Shown piece after piece: positions 39,097-52,310 of a stretch of 64,000 bases of DNA; position 1 is the first letter of the stretch, and the number at the start of each line of letters is the position of its first letter. The stretch is from the human T2T-CHM13v2.0 reference genome, Homo sapiens. The position numbers and the translations under genes were made by a program. The notes under the pieces were generated by a model. It was not told the origin of the DNA. It did not search any database and was given only the letters and a program-made list of their open reading frames with translations. The stretch lies in assembly GCF_009914755.1 (NCBI RefSeq), contig NC_060935.1. The stretch is one strand, 5' to 3'.

Positions 39097-40592
39097 TAGT
39101 CATGTATTACTTAATGATGGAGATATGTTCTGAGAAATGTGTCCTTAGGCGATTTTGTTGTTATATGTATATAATACAGTGTACTTACACAAACCTAGAT
39201 GGTATAGCTTACTACATACCTAGACTCTACGATATGGCCTATTTTTTCTAGGCTACAAGCCTATATAGCATGTTACTGTACTTAATATTTGAGGCAATTA
39301 TAACACAATGGTAATATTTGTCTATCTGAACATATTTGTATTAGTCTGTTTTCATGCTGCTGATAGAGACATACCCGAGACTGGGTAATTTATAAAGAAA
39401 AAGAGGTTTAATGGACTCACAATTCCACGTGGCTGAGGAGGCCTCACAATCATGGCAAAAGGCAAAAGGCACACCTTACATGGTGGCAAGCCAGAGAGGA
39501 GAAATCTCTTATAAAATCATCAGCTCTTGCGAGATTTATTCACTATCACAAGAACAGTATGGGGGAACCGCCCCCATGATTCAATTATCTCCTACTGGGT
39601 CCCTCCCACAACATGTGGGAATTATGGTAGCTACAATTCAAAATGAGATTTGGGTGGGGACACAGCCAAACCATATCAATATCTAAACACAGTAAAAATG
39701 TGGTATAAAAGATAAAGAGTGGTACACCTATATAGGGCACTTACCATGACTGGAGCTTGCAGGACTGGAAGTTGCCCTGGGTGAGTCAGTGAGTGAGTGG
39801 TTGAGTGAATGTGAAGGCCTAGGACATTGCTGTACACTATGGTAGGCTGTATATACACTGTACACTTTGGCAACGCTACATTTATTAAAATATTTTTCTT
39901 CAATAATAAATTAACTTTAGCTTATTATACCTTTTTTACTTTATAAACCTTTATATTTTAAAATCTTTTTGACTGGTTTGCAATAACACTTAGCTTAAAA
40001 AACACATTGTACATCTCTGTAAACTAATTTCTTTATAGCCTTATTCTATAAGCTTTTGTCTATTTTTAATTTTTTTTTAACCTTTTGAGGTTTTTTGTTT
40101 AAAATGAAGACAAAAACACACACATCACACAGGGTCAGAATCATCAGTATCACTGTCTTCCACCTCCAACTTTTGTCCCGTTAGAGGGTCTTCAGGGGCA
40201 ATAGCACGCATGGAGGTGTCATCTCCAATGGTAACAGTGCCTTATTCTGGAATATCTCCTGAAGGACCTACGTGGGGTATTTTGTGGTTAACTTTTTAAA
40301 ATATGTAAGTGGGACTATACAACAATGATTAAAAACAATAGCACAGTAAAGACATAAACCAGTAACATAGCTGTTTGTCACTATCAACTCTTATGTACTG
40401 TATATAATTGTATATGCTATACCGTTATATGATTGGCAGCACAGTAGGTTTGTTTACACCAGCATCACCACAAACATGTGATTGATGCACTGGGCTACGA
40501 CATTATGACCAATAGGAATTTTTCAGCTCCATTATAATTTTTCAGCTTCCTTATAATCTTATGGGACCACCATTTTATATGCAATCCATCAT
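39097..40592 (+). mobile_element. Tigger3b (Golem_B)-like DNA transposon, interrupted by a THE1B LTR
   Basis: TA|(T)AGTCATG...ttctgagaaatgtgtccttaggcgatttt...acacaaacctagatggtatagc; ends tatgggaccacc... Confidence 0.88.
39337..39678 (-). mobile_element. THE1B solo LTR
   Basis: TGTATTAGTC...CAGCCAAACCATATCA, with TSD ATAT(T/C). Confidence 0.92.
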
Positions 40593-40706
40593 ATGGACGG
40601 TGGAGGAAGCATTCTCTGAAGAGATGGAGGTATAGAGAAATTTCATTCCCATTGGCAGAAATTTTAAAAGTTATAGCCAGTATCTCTGGTACAAAAAAGA
40701 GCAGGA

Positions 40707-41037
<331 letters not shown>

Positions 41038-41286
41038 AAGCAGGAGAGAGGAAGTGCAGTATCTGATTGTAAGTTTGAATTGAGGTGGATATAGGGATGG
41101 ACTGCATTTTGGGTGATGGCAAGAAATCAGAGGTTTGTGGCCACTGTTTAGATTAGTCTCAGCCTTCAAATGGTGGTTCCTGAGGTAGAGTCTGGGGAAT
41201 GATAGCTGTAGAAACTGGATTACAGAGAATTGAGGAGAAAGTAGGTGGTGAGGAAACAAGGACAGCTCAAGTGGAGAATAGGACAT

Positions 41287-41770
41287 CTGTTACTTTTTGC
41301 CACCCAGCGTTCTTTTACCCTGCTGCTAAATGTTTCTCGATTTCCTTCTGGGACCCACCCGTGCTCGCTTTCAGTCCATATGGATTTAGCATTGGAACTC
41401 ATAACTTTTCTTTAAGACCATTATAACAGTGCATTTTCCTGGCCACAAGGACTGGTTCAGGATTTGTCCTGTTACACAAGCCAATCAAAGTAGGTTTGTT
41501 TTTGTTTTTTATCCTGGTAATATTGGACAATGAGTCTCATTTTTCTACTGTGGGAGGGAATCTGGAAGAACATGATGACAGGGAAGAGGCTGTCTGAGGA
41601 GGAAGCCAACAGAGAGAACTGAATAAAGGGATAAGGTTGAACCAGATCCTGATGATACTGTTGCTGGGGGGCCTCTATACCCAGCCCTGCCTGAAGTCAG
41701 GACCACCCCCTAGTTTTGCTTAACCCCATTTAATCAGTTTCTGTCATTTTTTAACAAAGCACTAACTGCT
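41287..41770 (+). mobile_element. Old MLT1-class LTR
   Basis: ggccacaaggactggttcagg..gaggaagccaacagag..ccagccctgcctgaagtcag..tttctgtca. Confidence 0.55.
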
Positions 41771-42074
41771 TGTAGGGTAACTCAGCTTCTATGTGAAGAA
41801 AAGCAGTAAGAATCCTTCATATCCTAATGGGAAAATCATTGTATTTTTATGAGGGTGAGATATATTTGGTGTAGAGATTATGCAAATCTGGTGATCAAGG
41901 TTCTTATTATTAAGCCAAAGGGAAGACAGTGTTTTAGATGGAAGAATAATTAGTAGGTTTGACTACAAAACCTATGCATTTTTCCCTCAGGCATGACCAC
42001 ATTATTATCAATTTCAACAGATATATTCTTGAAAGAAGGTTTTTTTTTCTTATTCACTAAAACAGTTACTTATT

Positions 42075-42936
42075 TTTTTTTTCATATTTGATAGCAGCTT
42101 TTTTTATTGGTTACAAAACCTAAGCCCATATACAAAATTAGGAACACATTTAGATGCCTCTTTTGAAAGAACATTTTGTCTTTTTAAACTGAGTTTAAAA
42201 AAAATAAAAACAATGCAATTTTTAAACACTATTTTGAAAACTTAAAAGTGCAGCAATATACTTAGTTTCCTTTATCTACGAAATGGTGCAATTCCAATTC
42301 AAAACTGGTAAGGTCACAAATTGAATCAAGGAAATGCATACAAATGTCTGCATTACTTGATGCTAATGTTCACTTGAATGTTAGTTTGCACTTTAAAACA
42401 TGAGAGGAAATAGGAATCATCACAGTAGAGGCCCAATTTTAATCATAATGTGTGCAAATTTTAAAAGGTAACTGTCAGTTAAGTAAGGAAAGTCCAGAAG
42501 AAACTAAACTGGAAGGGGTACAGTTCACAATATCAAGAAGATTTGGACAAAAAACTGCAAAAGTCTAAAATACCCATTGGTGATGTTTTTTAAAAAATCT
42601 TGCTTTCAGCTTTCAGGAGTTAATATTCTTTGTTTTAACTTGATAATTGGATATGGTTGATTTATATTGGGTTTAAACTGTGGAGCTTTCATGTTTACTG
42701 TAATTTAGTCTTAAAATATTTTTTACTTAGTAACCAGTACTTTTGCTAATGTGGTTGGCAACAAACCAGCAACTATTTAAAAGTGTCATAAGGGTTCATT
42801 CTTTGAGTACTGGGAAAGTTAATTCAGATCCTACTCAAAAAGCATCTTCACATATTAAAAGATTCAGACAGGGATCTGTGTAGAGGAGTAATTTGCAGTT
42901 ATTTAACATAAACCTGATTTGCAGTGATCTCTAAGT
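42075..42936 (-). pseudogene. Retroposed mRNA 3'UTR fragment (non-coding retrocopy), parent gene not identified
   Basis: Perfect 14-bp TSD AACAGTTACTTATT (42061-42074 and 42937-42950). Poly(T) at 42073-42082. Minus-strand AATAAA (42103-42108) lies 20 nt upstream of the tail. Non-repeat, AU-rich body. Confidence 0.85.
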
Positions 42937-45900
42937 AACAGTTACTTATTGTATGAATGCATATGTGGGCTTTTTAGGTACTTTTCTCCTCTCCACTCCA
43001 CTCGGGGGCCTTTCAGTTTAGGGCTATGACACAGCCACCACTTTGCATCATTTACACCATCCTGAAAACCTGCAGGGCTCTTCCTTGCTCCTGGCTGTTG
43101 GAATTGAAATATCTTTTTCCTCTTCTTCAGAATGGTGTTTTGATTTCTTATCAGCTGCCAGCTGGATTTGAAGGCCTATAGCCTAATCACCTAGATAGAT
43201 AAGGAAAGTTGTCATATTTTGTCTTTGGCTGATAGGAATTTAGAACACAAACAAACTCAAAAGAGTCAACCTTTGGGTAAGATTAAACCAGTGACTCTAA
43301 TTCAGATCATTCCATAAATTGTATTATCTTGAGCAAAACACTCTATTCCTTGACATTGCAGATTATAAATGTTGGGAATAAAGAGAAATAAGTGAATCCC
43401 AAACCTTTTTATATTATGATACACATATAAATTATAATGTTTGATAGGTACATGGAAATAAATAGATGAGGCTTCTCACTGCTAAAGGTGGCCAGGCTGG
43501 TTTGAGGGGATCAGTAGCTCAGCATACCTTACCCTATTCTTGACACTCTGGTTGGGAAGCTCTTGAATTTGTAAACCATATGGACTGGGTTTTCGTCCTG
43601 GCTCAGTCACTAAGCCCCACTACGTTCTTGTGGCATTCTCTTTTCCTTTTGAGTCCTCGGTTCTGAATGCTTAAATGAGGAATCTGAGGTCTAGTTCAAA
43701 TGTAAATGCCATTTATCAGGCATATATAAAAAAGCATTATCAGATATAAAAATGGAGGTTTTTGAGATATACTGAGACTTTAAGCATGAAAGCATCTATA
43801 AGAGTTTACCACTTAGATCTGTTTAATTACTGCTAAGGACACTTACTTTTTAAAAAACAGCATGCCTACATTATCTAGATACCTGTATGACAGTATGTGA
43901 TGGACAGTGTCAGGGTCTGACTTAAGCACCCAGAGATTAGTCACAGAATTTCTGAGGTGAGGGCATTCAGATCCTCTATTCCCCCAATATAAAAGGAGAC
44001 TCTTTAAAAATCATCATTGTATAGTTGCATAGAACATCATGCAAATATGCAATTGAAGATCCAAGCATATAAATCCATAATCTTATACATTATTAACTAG
44101 CCTAACCCTCCTTAGTCAAATATAATCACATGAAGTTAGAGACAATTTAGTTCCAGTAACATACTACACTCTCTCCCAGCCCCCCACCTCCACCCGCCAT
44201 CAACAGCAAGTGCAGACCACTTTCATGGGACAGGGCAGCACTAGATCCACCAGGTAGGAATATTTAGGGACAAATGATCAGGATGTAAGGAAGCTGAAGT
44301 TACCACCAGGCAGTGCTCATTCTGGTGGGCAAATCCAGGGTCCAAGGGAATCAATAATTAATGATCATAGTCCAGGTAAACTTTGGCAATGACATGAGGA
44401 GGTTCAAGGCGATGGAATGGATCACCATGAAGAAGACTTTGGAGTTGGAAATATTCAATGAACCAAGCAGATTTTGGCTTTAAGATGGTCTGTAAGTGAG
44501 TAGTTATGTTACATACACTAAGATGAAGTTCTGGAACAACTTCAATGATAGAGCTTCAGACTACCGGAAAATCAAGGGCAAGAACAAGATTAATGTTCAT
44601 GAAAGAACAGGGTTGTGTTCATTGAATGCACACAGGCACACACAGAAATTAATGGACACATATGGAGTGTTTACACGCAAGACTGTGTCACATGTTTACA
44701 CACACTGCTCCATTTAATTCTTGCTAAATCTCCAAAGGACATTCATTATTCTATTTATAGATGAGACAACAGAGACTTAGTAGCTACCAATAGTCACACA
44801 GTTAGTAAATGGCAGAAACAAGATTCGAACTCAGGTCTGACTTCAAAGTTCATTTTCTTTTCACTGGTATGTTACAGAGGCTAGGTAACTAGGATCTTGA
44901 GAATAGGGACCAAGGAAGAAACACTGAGTAAAATGGGTAGATCCAATTGGTTTTCCTATTGTAACATTGGTTTTGGGGGCAGGTATACCTGTGCCTTAGG
45001 TCAGGTTTGATCCATGGAATGGGATAAAAAATGGAGCTAGATCAGGGATCCAGAAGCACAGACCAGAGACTTGACACCAAGTTGTGCCTGACACTCCCGT
45101 TTGACCATGCGTAAGTTTCTTTCAAATCTCATGCAGCTAAAGGAAGGTATTTTCATCTGAAAAATTATGGCATGTTATACTTTTTAGGATAGCAGTTTGA
45201 ACCTCAAAATGAGCTCAGATATATTTTGATATCCCTTGCTAAATTTAGTCAAAAGCTATCAAGTCCTTCTGTAATGAATTTATAATTGGGAATTAATCAG
45301 AAATGGAACTAAAATGGAAGCTTCTCATACTCTGATCAAACGTGGAGTTTGAGGTTTTGCTTTCATTTATATGTTTAATCTTTTAGTAGAGCTATCCAAA
45401 GAAGGAAAACACTCAGGATAAGTAAGAAGGTCATTAAGAATAACACAAAAGTCTCAAATATTAGATTCTAATCTCTTCGAAGGCAGCTTTCTATTACTTA
45501 AACTTAAACATGGTTTTGCATTCTGTGGCCTCTCAGCACCTACCCCTGATTAATAACTTTACAACTTAGTAATTCATGGTCTTGGAGTGTACAACTGCTA
45601 ATAGTTGAGGTAGCCTAGTCTATACTTTACTTTGAAGTATTTATAGTTGAGTAAATTTATAAAATTTACATTGTTGTAAGTAATCAAATGTCTCTGTGGT
45701 TAAGGGTTATCAAGAAATGGTGGAAAACACCTCATTTGTAGACAACCAGGCATTTTAGAGCTAGAATGACCTTTAGGGATCATCTCTCCTATTTAAAGGT
45801 CAGGATGCCCTGGGGGAAGGACATACCTATAACCTCTTAATGAAAGAATGAGGCTGAGAACCCAAGTTCTTTAATTCTTGGAAATCTTTTCTTTATTCCA

Positions 45901-48900
45901 TGATGTCTTTCTAGACTATTTTGTTAGTTTCATGGCTATTTTTATCTGTCTGTATATACTGCTGTATATACTAATACTGTAGTGATAGAGTGGTAATTAT
46001 GATTTACATAGCAATTTGCCTGTTCTCAAAGTAATTTCCACTGTGTCATTTTCCAATGTTTCTAAGAATAACCCTTTAGGTAAATACTGTCTTCAACCTT
46101 GTTTTATAGATGATGAAACTGGGATTAAAGAAGGGAAGTAACTTGCTCAAGGTCATACTACAAAGACATACTAGAGCTCAGATTCAAATGCAGATTCTCT
46201 GAATATGGAATATATTCTTCTTCCAATGTATTGCTCATAAAGGCAACCATATATATTAATCCAACTTGTGATACTTTTGGGAGTGAGCTATTACTGGTTT
46301 CATTGGCAAAACAGCCAGTTCCATATTAGACAAATTGGGATAGAACATGTGATCATTCTATAATTCACTCTATAATAGTCAGTCAGCCAAGGATATATTA
46401 GATGTCTAAAGGCAGGGATGTGACGGTTAAAACAAAACAAAAAAACACAGCTTCTGCCATTGAAGAGATTATAATTTTGTGAGGGCTATAAACAAGCAAA
46501 TCAAGGCAATTAAACAATGTAGTGTGGATATACTCCAATGGAGAAAGGAGGAACCTCAACCTCTTAGTTTAAATTTGAAGGACTAGGAAGGTTTGAAGAA
46601 GTTATTTTTAAGTTGACTACTGAGGGGATGCAGATATGAGACAGATAAACAAAGTCAGAGGTTTGCAGAGGGACATGTGGTGAAAAAGAGAAAGAAAATC
46701 CATGTAAAGGAACACTGTGGATCAGTTGCAGGGAAGAGCATAGCATGTATATGGAGCTTACTCCTTCTCCATATGCCTGGTCATTCAATTATCAAAATTG
46801 CCTGAAAAATATAGGCTACTGATCTACACCAAGAATTTCTTTTCATAGCATTAGGCAATGAAAATAATAAATGTGTCTCTGTGAAGTCAGCATATGTTAA
46901 GTATAAGACTAATTGCAAGACTAAATAGAACATTCATAATGGTACCTGAAGAAAATATGATGATAGAAAAAAGCCATTTCCTCTCTACCAAAGAAATTAC
47001 ATTATGGAAATTGCACCATCAGAATGAATTAATAGGTGGCTTAAAAAATTCAATGCCCAGCAAACAAAGGCATAAATTAAGTATCATGAGAAAGGTTAAT
47101 GTTAAGGTAACATTTGCTCAATTTATACGAAAAAAAGACTTCATGGAGAAAAGGGGATGGGTCAGAAAGGAGATTTGAAATTGGACAGCAGGAGAGTTAA
47201 CATACACATGCCCGAGGGAGCTGAGATCTGTGGAACTGCCTGGAAATTCGTGTTTGTCTACCAGCCATTTTCAAAAATCTCTGGCCAGGCTTGTGTTTGT
47301 TAGTAAGTCCTTGGCGGTTCAGGTGGCAGATACACTGGTGAACATTGATGAAAAGACCAAGCTGAACTGATCTAGTTGGTGAGCTTTCTATTTGCTATTA
47401 AGTAGAGTTTTGCTCTCTCTTCTTTTCACAGTACATTTCACAGCCATTTCTGAAAAAGCCCAGCTGTGCCGAGATGGCCACTGAGGGGATACAGTGTGGT
47501 TGCATGGAGTTCAGAGACATTTGAGAGCAGCTGAGCAAGCCCCACAGCCTTCAAACACTCATTGAATTGCCTTCCAGAAGCATATTCTTTCACCTTTGTG
47601 TGACATGAGAGGGAGCAGAGGGAATGGTAATGATCTGAAATGACAGACATGCTGGGCTAGGATGAGCTAATTTACAGGGTAGAATGCACTCTCCAAATTA
47701 ACAACAAAGAGACTAGGTGTCCCATGCCCTGTCCTGAGGCCTTTAATGGAGCCAAGTGAGAATATCCTTAACCCTGGGTGGAGTGGTCTTAAAAGAACTA
47801 TTCGGGTGACAACATCTTCCCCCACGGAGGTTAAGCTGAGGTTGACATTTATCTTGTCTGTCCACAGAAGCTGAACTTCTGAATCTGACATCTCAGCTTT
47901 CTTAAGATTGTTGATAACCTGTGTTCTTTAAATTTCTGTTTCCCAGGAAAGTAATTGTGTTGTTCTTTTAGTGATGGAAAAGCAGAGAAACTCTCCTTAA
48001 GAAACCCCCAGGATATATTGTAAGGCAAATAGGCTTTTCTGCTTGAATCATCTACTACAGAGCTAACCACTAAACTCAGAACTTTCTTAGAAAAATATCT
48101 TGTGTGCACTAGCTTTGGAGGAAGAATTAGAATGCAATTTGGCAAGATTGCATTCAGGCAAACATCTGGGGGAGAAAAAAACAACTTCAGTATAGCTCGA
48201 AAGCTGGAAATGAAGATGTACTGCTAAAGAAGTTACATGTCATACATTTCTACAGTAATCAGCCTGTGTCTCCTCTTCCTTTCCATTGCCTAACACAATT
48301 TAATTATTGCATTTCCTGATTGCAGATTATATTTCTTCTATTTTTATATTTGATTATAGAAATATGCTAGAAAAAATAAAGTTTCAGACATACCCAATTC
48401 ATTCAGGTCTCATTAGCTTGTGCCTACCTATCCAGATTCACTTTTTACTCTTCTCACTTCCACTTCTAATGGGGAACACCTCTTGCTTTGTCTATTTTCA
48501 TACTTTTGTACTTGCTGGTATTTCTGCTTGGAATTTTCTCTGGGTTTCAACTTTTTAAGAAAATGTTTCTTTTTAAATTCCTTTAGCGCTCAAACATGTT
48601 TCTTCCTTTCTCCTCCCATTGCAGACAATTCTTACCTTCATTCTAACACTCGGTATATATATCATATTGTGTCTTTATGTAGCTGTCTCCCCTCCCAGGC
48701 TGTGATTCTCTTAAGAACAGACCTAATATCTTTCTTACCTTCATTGCCTAGCATACCATCTGGTCCATAAAGAGCATTCAGTGAATGGATGTCCAACACG
48801 ACCATTCATGTTTGTGACATTTATTTTTCCAAGGTTCTTTCACTTTGTACCTATATGATACGTAATTTTTACCTCTACTGAGCAATCTTTATATAATGTA

Positions 48901-49406
48901 TATTTGCTCTCTCTGAGAACTAAAGATAGACATAAAGATTGGGGCAACTTGACTTGAGCACATAAATGCTACATTTAGTGGATTTATTTCTGCACTGTGT
49001 AGTTAACAGAACTGAAGAGCTACTGATCTGAGTCTGAAGCCAGGTAGAAAACAAATCAAGTGGCAACAATTAAGATCTGGAAGGCAGATCTGCTCTTGGA
49101 TCTACTAGCACTGGCATTTTTCTTTGGCCTCACGTCATAAGTAGCTTAAGGTCATCATTGTGCTTTGACTGCTTCTTTACCTGGAATTATATAGCAGGTC
49201 TCATCCTGACTTCTTGGGGTCAGCTGTGTTCATGTTGGCAAACTGCCAGTGACCTAAAAATGCTCACTTTTGTTAAGATGTGGAGGCTGTTGCCATCACA
49301 GTAGGTATGTGACTACTCACATAGTGTCTGTCTTTCAAAGTTCTTGCTCTGGGTGCAACTGTGGAGGCAAGGACAATGACAATGCAGAAGAATGATTAAG
49401 AGTGTG

Positions 49407-49815
49407 AGTGTCTGGCTCTCCCAGAAGACTGTGAGAAAAGGATTTGAGCTCATAGATTGTATCTGGGAGGTGAGCACCGGAAGCACGGGTATAGGGCAAT
49501 GGGCAAGTGAGACAGGAAAGGCAAGACATCCAGTGTTGGGTACTTCATTCAAGTGAAGTGGGTTACAGCTGTGCACAGCAGGAACCCAATCCTGGTAGGA
49601 AATTTTGGGAAAATGTGACCCAAATTTATCTCACTCAGGCAGTATGTCACTGCTACGTAGCTGCTCCACAGGAAAATTAATTTCCTAGCACTAGTTCCTA
49701 GAGCTTCCCCTCAGTCTCAGAGATGCAGTTGCTGGCAGTGGGAAGTCAGGCAGGTGTGTGTCAAAATGGTAAGACCCAAGGAGATGTAGGGGAGGGACGA
49801 ACAGTGTCAACTGTA
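49407..49815 (-). mobile_element. LTR16-class ERVL LTR
   Basis: aaggatttgag..tctgggaggtga..ggaagcac..aagtgagacaggaaagg. Confidence 0.7.
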
Positions 49816-51009
49816 AGAATATATTAGAATAGAACTCTTCATGTTCCAGTGTGGCCCTGGGATACAATTTATGTGCAGTTTCAAAGTGAGATGCCACACC
49901 ACTAAGTGGGCATTCTGAAGTAGATATTTTAAAGCTAGTTTCATGATGTTGAGCTCCTCATCTATTTCAAGGATTTGGAAATTTCAAGGAAATGTAGTTA
50001 GGATTTTATGATAATACTTTATCTAGAGGAATCTGTCCTGTGAGCCTCACATTTTCATCTGCAAGTGGACTTGCACCTTCCTTTTGATCAGGCCTGGGAG
50101 ATCTTCAATCAGATCACTTGGAGAGCCTCATCTATGTTGTATGAAGTTTGGTGATACAATAAACTGGAATCTGAGCCCCTCTTGAGACAACCAAGTATGT
50201 CAGAGAGACACACTGATGAACTGATTTGGAGGGGAAGTAAAGGTGAACTCCTGAACATTCCAACAAACTGTTAGAGGAGTCATAGATGTTTCCCCATGGC
50301 CAGTATGCTGGACTGGACATTCTTGACAACATTCTTTGTCAAGAATGTTGCTTGAAAGAAGCAATAGTACAGTGAGAATACAAATGGATTGAAAGAGAAC
50401 CAGGAGTTGTGGCTAAAGTGGCCACCTGAATGAGAGCTGTTGCTCATGCCAGTTTAATGGTAGGAGGGGATTATCCATGACAGTGTCCACAACTGTTCAT
50501 CTGCCACCAGAGCATCCTACCCTAAGTGACAAATGTACCAACCAGCAAGATACATCCCTTTCTCCTAGTCTCTTTTCCTCAATCTGATCCTGGCAGAAGA
50601 AAACAAAAAGCAACGTGGGGAAGAGGGAGACACATTGGTGGGAAGAGAGAAAGGACCATGACTCTTTGTCTCACTGTAAGTGCTCAACTACAGGAGACGC
50701 CCGAAGTGGAGAAGAAGTTAAAATCAGATGTTGAAGCAAGTTTAAGGTTTGGATTCTTATCTGGGGCTGGACATTTGTCCACAGGACTTGCTGTTATCTG
50801 AGAGTGAGAAAAAAATGTTATGTGACTTGCTGAAGGCCAAGATTTCATTTGAGGACAAGGGAAAATCTTTTCCTCCAGTGTCAGAGCCAGAAGAAAAGCT
50901 GTTTCTTGATAACATCCTATGGATGGTGTTTGCTGAAGCATGGACTGTGGAAACAGACCTCAATTGAAGTTCTAGTTCTGTAGCTAATTAGCACTGTTGT
51001 CTTGGTAAA

Positions 51010-51426
51010 GTATTAATTAGGATTCTCCAGAGAAACAGAAGTAATAGAATGTATATAAAATCAACATATTTTATGGTTAATAATTATGATATTATGTATT
51101 TATTACATAATATAAGAAATTGTCTCATGCAATTATGAAGGCTGGCAAGTCCTAAATTTGCAGAGCTGTTGTACTAGTTTGAAGAAAGGCAGGCAGGAGA
51201 ATTTTCTTATTTGTAGGAAGGTTAGCTTTTTGCCTATTCAGCCCTTCAACTGATTAGATATGGCCCACCTAGGTAATGGAGGGCAATCTGCTTTATTCAG
51301 TCTACTGATTCAAAATGTTATTCTCATCAAAAAAACACGCTCACAGAAACACTCAGAATAATGTTTGACCAAATATCCGGGCATCTCATAACCTAGTCAA
51401 GCTGACACATAAAATTAACCATCATA
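51010..51426 (-). mobile_element. MLT2B-class ERVL solo LTR inserted in a MIR
   Basis: ggattctccagagaaacagaa...cagcccttcaactgatt...gtcaagctgacacataaaattaaccatca. Confidence 0.88.
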
Positions 51427-51789
51427 CTTACACTTTATGAATCCATTTTTATAATCTCATGAGTTGCTTAGAGATTAAGTGAGAAAATTTGTGAAGCATA
51501 GGCAGAGATAGAGGTTCAGAAAATGGTAGCCATAATTATTACTAATGGAATTGTTTAGAGAAGCAAGAGTTGGATCCAAGCTTAGGAAATAGAGAACCAG
51601 GAACAGTATAGTCACAGGGTCAAATGTAGGCCAGTAGTCAGACCAGCAAAAATAGAACGTCCCTAAGACAAGAAGACTATAAACCTAAGGTAAATTTTGT
51701 CTTTGACAAAGAATGCTTTATATTGTTCCTATAGAAGCGGGAGGGGGGCAGTGCAAAAATGGCTGAGGTAACACCTAAAAACACTTGTT

Positions 51790-52310
51790 GGGCATTTATT
51801 GTATAAGAAATACTGTACTAGATTTTGGAGACTCAGCATGAATGAGACACCATCTCCACCCTTGAGGATGTTATAATCTAGATGGAGAAACGTTTGATAA
51901 CTGTACAATTCTATTGTGCTTTAAGGGAGCCATTATTATAAAGCATAATGGGAGTGGTTTGCTATAATTAGGGGGTCAGGGAAGGCTTTAGAGAAGTGGC
52001 CTTATTTCCTTGGGAATTTCAAAGGACAAGTGGGACTTTGCCAAATGGATATGAGGGGTAGACTTTTGGGGCAGAGGAATAGCATGAGTAAAGTTATGGA
52101 AATACAATTTTTCAGCCTTTTGGAGAACAGGATATCATGTGATGGTGCTGAGTTGCAATGTGAGTGGACAGCAGATGAAAAGAGTTCCAAGAAGAGTGCT
52201 GCAATAGACAGACTGGGGTCGGTAGCCAGGAAGCCTTGAATGCCCTACTAAGAATTTTGGACCTAAATCCATCTAAAACACAAAAGTGACATGCTCACAC
52301 TGGTGTTTTA
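51790..52310 (-). mobile_element. L2 fragment
   Basis: gggggtcagggaaggctt...ggcagaggaatagcatgagtaaag...gccttgaatgccctactaagaattttggac. Confidence 0.7.

Noticed and set aside
47315-47492. CTCF-like motifs GGTTCAGGTGGCAG and GGCCACTGAGGGGA
   Set aside because: Each lacks half of the CCASYAGRKGGC core and is too weak to call.
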